In this document: piece by piece, positions 47,407 to 53,255 of the stretch
Numbering within the stretch: the first letter of the stretch is position 1
How the letters are laid out: every line of letters begins with the position of its first letter
Assembly (NCBI GenBank): GCA_038523235.1
Contig: JBCBJQ010000031.1
Coordinates: forward strand, 1 to 53,255
From: Cyanobacteria bacterium J06626_4
GTDB taxonomy: Bacteria > Cyanobacteriota > Cyanobacteriia > Phormidesmidales > Phormidesmidaceae
DNA: 53,255 bases
Direction: 5' to 3'
The notes under the pieces: model-generated
The model's database searches: none
The model's input: the letters and a program-made list of their open reading frames with translations, nothing else
Told to the model about the DNA's origin: nothing
Program-made: the position numbers and the translations under genes

Positions 47407-47934
47407 TCATGTCTGCAGGCAGGCCGCTGATTGACTCAGGGGCACGCCCCCCATCAGCGGCACGGTGACCTTGAGGTAAAGGGCGGGCTGCAGGGGCACC
47501 GCTAGGGCTCGCCACAGCCCCGTGACGTCACGGGGCTGGATGATCTCAATTGCGACCCCCCCTTGTCCCTGTAAGGCTGGCACTAAGCGCTCTTCCGGGA
47601 TTTCAGAATGTTCGGCAAAGTAGGCGATCGCCTCGGCCAACAGCTGTTGCTCACCGAGGCGAGTCCAGTCGCGGGCCACCACCAAAAATGAAATCTCGAC
47701 CCAGCTCAAGGGATCGGGGGAGGCTGGGGTCGCCGAGTTGGTAGCTGCTTCCCCTAAAAGCTCAGCCTCAGCCGGCTTTGACGCCGACTGACGAACGTCG
47801 TACACATAGAGATTGACGCCGACCGGCTGTGACTGATATAGCCGAGGGCGATCGAAACTCACTTGCTGCACGGTGCCCAACGAGGTCTGGTGGACCAAAA
47901 TTCGAGCTAGTGTTTGCGACACCGCTGGAATCAT
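47407..47934 (-). CDS. Pvc16-family (cap/terminator-like) protein
   Basis: MIPAVSQTLARIL, VSFDRP, VNLYVYDVR, EQQLL, LWRAL.VPLQPALYLKVTVP; first gene of the CIS operon. Confidence 0.8.
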   Translation of the reverse strand: MIPAVSQTLARILVHQTSLGTVQQVSFDRPRLYQSQPVGVNLYVYDVRQSASKPAEAELLGEAATNSATPASPDPLSWVEISFLVVARDWTRLGEQQLLAEAIAYFAEHSEIPEERLVPALQGQGGVAIEIIQPRDVTGLWRALAVPLQPALYLKVTVPLMGGVPLSQSAACLQT

Positions 47935-48004
47935 GAATAACCTGAAGTTGATACAACAGAATTAACAACTCTATTGAAGCCGCAGATCAGAGGATTCCCA
48001 ATTA

Positions 48005-48036
48005 GACTTTAGTCGAGATTCTGGCTGACCTAAGTT
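48005..48036. promoter_or_regulatory. Two-box operator upstream of the CIS structural operon
   Basis: GACTTTAGTCGA-N10-GACCTAAGTT, 70 nt upstream of the 47934 start; same motif and orientation as 39629-39660. Confidence 0.7.
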
Positions 48037-48600
48037 GATCAGATGCCTGCCACCCAATCATCGGGACTGCCAGTACAAGCTAGTCGTTATCTTTGGGGAA
48101 ACAATAACAATTCCTTACATGCAGAAGCAGATGCAATTACCAATTTTTGTAAGGTTTCATATCCAATTCGATGCAAACAACGATTGAATTCAATAAATTT
48201 TGAAAGTGATTCAAGCATCCTACTTTAAAGCTTAAGAAATGAACTCTGGGAGAGCCTTTTGATAGGATGAAAACTAGATTCCTGTAGATGTTTTTGCGGA
48301 TAGGGCAGTCGTCAGTCTAGTTAGGCCAAGACTGCGGAGCCCCTTTGCGAATGCGCGAAGGACGAGCGTGCTCCTAGGTGTCCTCAACCAAGTGGCCAAC
48401 CCTATCCATGGCGATTGACGATATCTCCCATTTCAGCCAATTTAGCCAGATCATGAGTCACCCCGGTCTTGCCCTTAGGTAAGGATCGTTCAGCTCGTTG
48501 GTTAGCGATCGCCGCCAGACTCCCGAAAGCCGTCCTTCTCACCAGGGTAGGGCGATTGCTGGCGTGACAGTCTTTTCGTTCATCCTCTTCAGTAGCTTCT

Positions 48601-49704
48601 ATGGTGCACACGCTGACAGTTTCCTCAGAGCGCGCAGTTGAGATCCGTGAATTGTTGGTCGCCGCGTTGTCGCCAGCGCTGGGGCTGCCGCGCCTGGTCG
48701 CCTGGTGCTTAAGCTATGCGCACCCGACCTCACGCCAACGCGAGCGGGTCTATGCAAGCGTCGACCCCGAGACCACAGTCGAGCCCCACTGCTGGGCTGA
48801 ACTTGACCTCAGGCTGCCCCCCGACGCCTGGACAGGGGGCGAACTGCCACCAGGATTGACGGCATTGCTGCCAGTGTCTTGTTCCTATCTCTATGCTTTG
48901 CCGCTGGAGACGGGGCAGCCTTCAGAGCGACTGTTCATCCTGACTGATTGCCCACTTACACCCGTTGAACAGCAGCAGTTACAGGCCGTCACCCGCGTCA
49001 TCGCGAGCCACCTCAACCTGTGGCAGGCCCACACTGAGCAACAAGCCCAGACCACTGCCTTAGCCGATCTGCTCGGGAGCGTTGAGCATCAGATGCGGCA
49101 GTCACTGGGACTGGTCAACCTGTATCTATCGCGGTTAGAAGGCCAGTCTTTGACCGATGAGGGTCAGGCTGTGCAGGGGAATCTGCAGGCAACGGTGGCC
49201 GACATTAGCGATCGCCTAGATGCCATTCTGACCGCGTCAGCGGTGACGCGTCCCCCCTTAGCAACGGTCGATCTGCAGTGCTTGATCCGCGATCGCAGCC
49301 AAACCTTTGCGCTCTCGCTGCAGGCCCAACAAATCACGCTACAGATGCCCGATCACCCCGTCTGGCTACAGGCCGATCCCCATCAGTTGGGTCAGGTGAT
49401 CGACAATCTCTTGTGCAATGCGATCGCCTTTAGCCCGATCGGCGGCACCATTGCCTGGAGTTGGGATGCCTTTGACGGCGAAGTTTTGATGCAAATTTGT
49501 GATCAGGGGCCAGGCATTTCACCAGGGGCGGGACTCAGCATCTTTCAACCCGGCTATACTGAGCGCCCCCAAGGTCACGGCTGGGGGTTAACCATTACCC
49601 AAAAGATTGTAGCCGCCTACGGTGGGCGCATTTGGGCCAACAACACCCCTCAAGGGGGGGCGCAGTTCAGCGTCATCTTTCCCCAAATTCAGCCTCTTCA
49701 ATAA
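48601..49704 (+). CDS. Soluble sensor histidine kinase
   Basis: Atypical H-box VEHQMRQSL; QVIDNLLCNAIAFS, DQGPGI, IFQPGYT, GHGWGL; no obvious TM helix. Confidence 0.85.
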   Translation: MVHTLTVSSERAVEIRELLVAALSPALGLPRLVAWCLSYAHPTSRQRERVYASVDPETTVEPHCWAELDLRLPPDAWTGGELPPGLTALLPVSCSYLYALPLETGQPSERLFILTDCPLTPVEQQQLQAVTRVIASHLNLWQAHTEQQAQTTALADLLGSVEHQMRQSLGLVNLYLSRLEGQSLTDEGQAVQGNLQATVADISDRLDAILTASAVTRPPLATVDLQCLIRDRSQTFALSLQAQQITLQMPDHPVWLQADPHQLGQVIDNLLCNAIAFSPIGGTIAWSWDAFDGEVLMQICDQGPGISPGAGLSIFQPGYTERPQGHGWGLTITQKIVAAYGGRIWANNTPQGGAQFSVIFPQIQPLQ

Positions 49705-50425
49705 CGACGAGCCCGGTTTTTACAGCCCGGACGATCGCTTGGGTGCGGCTGCTCACGTGCAGCTTGTTAAAGATCGACGTGAGGTGCGCCTTGACCGTGG
49801 CTGCCGTAATGTACAGGCGCTTGGCCATGTCTTGGTTAGAGGCCCCGTTGACCAACAGCTGCAGCACCTCGGTCTCGCGGCTCGTGAGGGCTGCTGTCAA
49901 ATCGGGTCGGGGTTTGTCGGCATGGTGAAAGATGGAAAAAAACCGGCTGGTGACCTCGTCACCCAGATAAACGCGATCGCTGGCCCAGACCGGCAGCGCT
50001 TCCGGCAGCTGTGAGGTGAGTCGGTCTTTGAGCAAATAACCGCAGGCCCCGACCTTCATCGCTTTAAAGATCAGCCGTGCATCATTGTGACCAGAAACAA
50101 AGGCGACTTTGCCGCGATATCCGGCTTTTTTTAGCTGCTCAAAAATATCAATGCCCGATTGGTTATCCGATAAAAATTCTAGATCTAACAAGATTAGGCT
50201 CGGCTGTTGAGCGATCGCCAAATCAATACATCGACTACCCTGATCAGCCTCATAAATCTGTTGAAACCAGCCCTGATTGCTGTGGCGATAAAATTCTAAA
50301 AAAGCTTTTAACGCGTTTCGATAGCGATGATCGTCATCGGCAATTAGCAGTGACTGTAAAGCGGGGGGTTGAGAAGGCTGGAAACTCGATCGAGAGCGCA
50401 ACTCGGTTAAAGAAGTGCTAATCAT
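49673..50425 (-). CDS. NarL/FixJ-family response regulator
   Basis: LLIADDD, LILLDL, GYLLK, LTSRETEVLQLL...TVKAHLTSIFNKL; likely ATG 50425 (ORF track 50461); 3' end overlaps the kinase by 32 nt. Confidence 0.92.
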   Translation of the reverse strand: MISTSLTELRSRSSFQPSQPPALQSLLIADDDHRYRNALKAFLEFYRHSNQGWFQQIYEADQGSRCIDLAIAQQPSLILLDLEFLSDNQSGIDIFEQLKKAGYRGKVAFVSGHNDARLIFKAMKVGACGYLLKDRLTSQLPEALPVWASDRVYLGDEVTSRFFSIFHHADKPRPDLTAALTSRETEVLQLLVNGASNQDMAKRLYITAATVKAHLTSIFNKLHVSSRTQAIVRAVKTGLVVIEEAEFGER

Positions 50426-51025
50426 ATTGCCAGACTCACGGTGGTAGAAGACGCAGGTCAATGATCGAGAGTTTTCCCAGACAGTTCTAGGAAAACTTGT
50501 TTTGCCTGATTACAGAAAATTGCCACTCATTCAAAAACCGAGCAACCGCAGTTTTACGGAGTCCCGCTTGTCCGTTAGTCGACAAACCCTCAGGTCTCGT
50601 GGAGTTGGCCTTTGTTAAATTTGATGACTGTAGGGCTACTCACTTTCCTCCCACTTGAAGATCCAAAGCCGCCCAACAGTGACCAACGTCCTCCCCTTAT
50701 TGACACTATGCAAGAACCATCGAGCACTTCATCGACGATTTGGTACCAGTGCGCATCATGCCGTTTGAGCGTGCCCAATTCCCAAAATCACAAGTTAAGT
50801 TGACAGCCTGGTGGAGCAGACTGTCAGCGATTGCGTTTTTTTAAGCTCGTGTCATCAATTCTGACACTGAGGGCAATGTGGCCAAATTTCCTGACTACTC
50901 TGACAGAAGCAGGAAAAGTAGAAGATAAAGGCAGCAAGCAAACTGCAAAACTTACCCAGTAAATGGCTCGGATATCCTGGGTCGTCCTGACCAGCATTGC
51001 AGATTCAAATAGCTCTCAATTTAAT

Positions 51026-52192
51026 ATGTCTAGTGCTGATTTTTACACTAATTTATCGCCGCTTGATCGATTTCTCGATTTAGCCGATCCCGACCTTTAT
51101 ACTGACGTCCCTGAAGACTGGTACGTGCTGATTACCGACGTTGTGGGCTCCACTCAGGCGATCGACCAGGGGCATTACAAAGAAGTTAACCTCGTAGGCG
51201 CTAGCTCCATCATTGCCGTTTTGAATGCCCTCGACACGGCCGAGATACCGTTTGTATTTGGTGGCGACGGCGCCTCTCTATTGGTGCCACCCTGGGCTCT
51301 GCATGCTGCTCGTGAGGCGTTACTCAGCCTCAGAACATTGGCCCACGAAGCCTTCCAGCTAGAGCTCAGGGTTGGCGTCGTTCCCGTATCGGTCGTCACT
51401 CAACGATTTCCTTTGCAAGTCGCCAAGATTAGATTGACTCCGTACTGCAATCAATCTAGCTTTATCGGGGGTGGGCTCACTTATGCCACTGATCTAGTGA
51501 AAAAGAACGAGCGTTATCAGCTCATGAAGGACGGCGAATACCCTGCCAACCTTCGAGGCTTAGAATGTCACTGGCAAGATATTCCTAGCCTTCACGGCCA
51601 CATGGTAAGTCTGATCGTATCAGCTCTCCCAAATGATGGGCACAGTAATGAAGTCCTTTATCAACAGGTCATCCAAGCAATTCAGACGATTTACGGCGAC
51701 GAGCAGCGTTACCGACCCGTTACCCCAGAAGCCTTGAATCTAACTTTTAACCCTCGAAGACTTATCTTAGAAGTCAAAGCTAAAACTCAAGGTAAGCCAC
51801 GGTGGCTGCGGATTTTATATCTAGTTCGCGTTCTCATCGAAATTTTTGTCGGGCGTTACTTGATTGCCTTGAATGTGAAATTTGAGAAGGTCCAATGGGG
51901 GCGTTATAAAGAGGATCTTTGCGCTGCTTCAGACTATCAGAAAATCGATGACGCCTTACGGATGGTGATTTCTGGAACATCGTCCCAAACCCATCAATTA
52001 GAGACATTTCTAGAGCAACAAAAGCAAGATGGAAAGCTGATTTATGGCATGCATGTGAGCGATCGCGCGCTCATGACTTGCATGTTTATGGGGAGTCGCG
52101 AACACCACCTTCACTTCATTGATGGAGCGGATGGAGGCTACGCGCTAGCGGCCCGTAACTTGAAGGGGGCGATCCCAAACAGAAAGGCATGA
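51026..52192 (+). CDS. DUF3095 family protein
   Basis: MSSADFY (ATG 51026), VPEDWYVLITDVVGST, YKEVN, FVFGGDGA, GGGL, GLECHW, DYQKIDD.LRMV, HFIDGADGGYALAA. Confidence 0.85.
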   Translation: MSSADFYTNLSPLDRFLDLADPDLYTDVPEDWYVLITDVVGSTQAIDQGHYKEVNLVGASSIIAVLNALDTAEIPFVFGGDGASLLVPPWALHAAREALLSLRTLAHEAFQLELRVGVVPVSVVTQRFPLQVAKIRLTPYCNQSSFIGGGLTYATDLVKKNERYQLMKDGEYPANLRGLECHWQDIPSLHGHMVSLIVSALPNDGHSNEVLYQQVIQAIQTIYGDEQRYRPVTPEALNLTFNPRRLILEVKAKTQGKPRWLRILYLVRVLIEIFVGRYLIALNVKFEKVQWGRYKEDLCAASDYQKIDDALRMVISGTSSQTHQLETFLEQQKQDGKLIYGMHVSDRALMTCMFMGSREHHLHFIDGADGGYALAARNLKGAIPNRKA

Positions 52193-53255
52193 GACAGTTG
52201 GGGTGTCATGCTAATGCCTTCGGCATGGCGCTGCCAACGCGATGACATACCCGACGAAAAATACGAATCGTAAAATGCCAACGACAAAGATACAAAACAT
52301 TGTTTTGCTACCTTCACTTAAGGCTGAATCCGACTTCCTCCTGTTTAGGTATTAGGGGTAGCCTAAAAAGATCGGGATTTCTGGCGCTCAGCAGCGGCGA
52401 TCGCAAATCCCGATTCCAGCCTTGGCTAACTGCAACCCTTTGGCTAGTGTAGAGTCGAGTCAGCAATGACGCCGAGGCTTGCCAGGATTTTATACAGAGC
52501 GCGATCTCGCTGACTTTAAGGCTGGCAGCAAGCCAAATAGATGCGACTAGTGCTCTGTCAAGACTGAATTTTAGGGTTGCTCTTTTCTAGAAGCTTTGTA
52601 GATCAAGCTTTCAGAAACTGCTCACCCTAATTCTTAGAGTTGACACTGCACTAGTGAAGAATATCCAGGCTGTGCAGATCAAGCCGCGGATCATCAATGG
52701 CAGCATCTTCTGCCACGATAAGTTCCCGCCATCGTGTCTGCCTTTGCCAACAGCAATTTGCCGCCTGCGACGATGAATCGCCACTTTGTCGTCAATCTGA
52801 ATGAAGGCGACCAAGCGGCGAGCGGTCGTTAATGTCTTTAGAACGGCGATCGCGTAGGCCAACATAATGCCTTTGAAAAATCGGTAGGTCTAGAATACGA
52901 CCCTTGCCAAATTTGAGTGGCAAATCAGAGTGAATTCAGCGAGGCATTTATCAGTATAAATTCTGGGAGTGTTTTGCATTGATAAATACCTCTAAATCCA
53001 AGGGTTCGGAAACAGAACTTAAAAATATTTTTACAGTAAAGACTTGCCAATTCTCCAATTTTCATGTGACATCCTTGGTCACGTTTGCGACAGAAATTCC
53101 CTGTATTTATTTCATATCTATATTTAGACTCATTCGCAGCCCAATAGATTTCTTTTTTACCTTTCTCTTATTCCACTTTTAACCTCTTTAATATTATCTG
53201 CGTGGTATCTTCTGCTTCGGGAGTCACGCAAACTCAAAGGGTAGATTGAAACAAT

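Larger units (their letters stand above)
27575..47934 (-). other. Contractile injection system (eCIS/tCIS-like) gene cluster lacking baseplate/spike genes
   Basis: Co-directional run: Pvc16-like, sheath, 3 tubes, assembly protein, DUF4255, AAA ATPase, 3 DUF4157 proteins and a TPR protein. Confidence 0.9.
55..52852. repeat. Dispersed HIP1 octamers (GCGATCGC)
   Basis: Many copies across the window, e.g. 55-62, 1365-1372, 39553-39560, 43158-43165; established cyanobacterial genome signature. Confidence 0.95.

Noticed and set aside
43328..47934. Prophage tail operon or T6SS
   Set aside because: No capsid, terminase, portal, integrase or TssJLM/TssBC genes; Pvc16, DUF4255, the Afp15-like ATPase and DUF4157 indicate a CIS.
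52200..53255. Short ORFs 52611-52865 and 52979-53182 in the AT-rich tail
   Set aside because: No family resemblance; likely non-coding upstream region of a gene beyond the window.

Overview
Window from a cyanobacterial chromosome (dense HIP1 GCGATCGC octamers; gene content consistent with a filamentous Leptolyngbya-like strain). The left half (1-27.5 kb) holds housekeeping and signalling genes: FHA-adenylate cyclase, NERD protein, HD protein, ABC permease, YggT, trpD, a CBS/DXCF-GAF/multi-PAS kinase with its response regulator, D-lactate dehydrogenase, a 1879-aa multidomain glycan/CAP protein, a two-component pair and a GST. The main feature is a minus-strand contractile injection system (CIS)-type locus at 27575-47934: Pvc16-like cap, sheath, three gp19-like tube paralogs, tail assembly protein, DUF4255 protein, AAA+ ATPase, three full-length paralogous, very acidic DUF4157 (HExxH) proteins with central membrane-helix bundles, and an embedded TPR protein. 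No baseplate, spike, PAAR or LysM gene is present between its unrelated flanks. A conserved two-box motif (GACTTTAGTCGA-N10-GACCWAAGTY) lies upstream of both the structural operon and the DUF4157 operon, near an adjacent histidine kinase/NarL-type regulator pair. Domain names come from motif recognition by eye; no database search was run.
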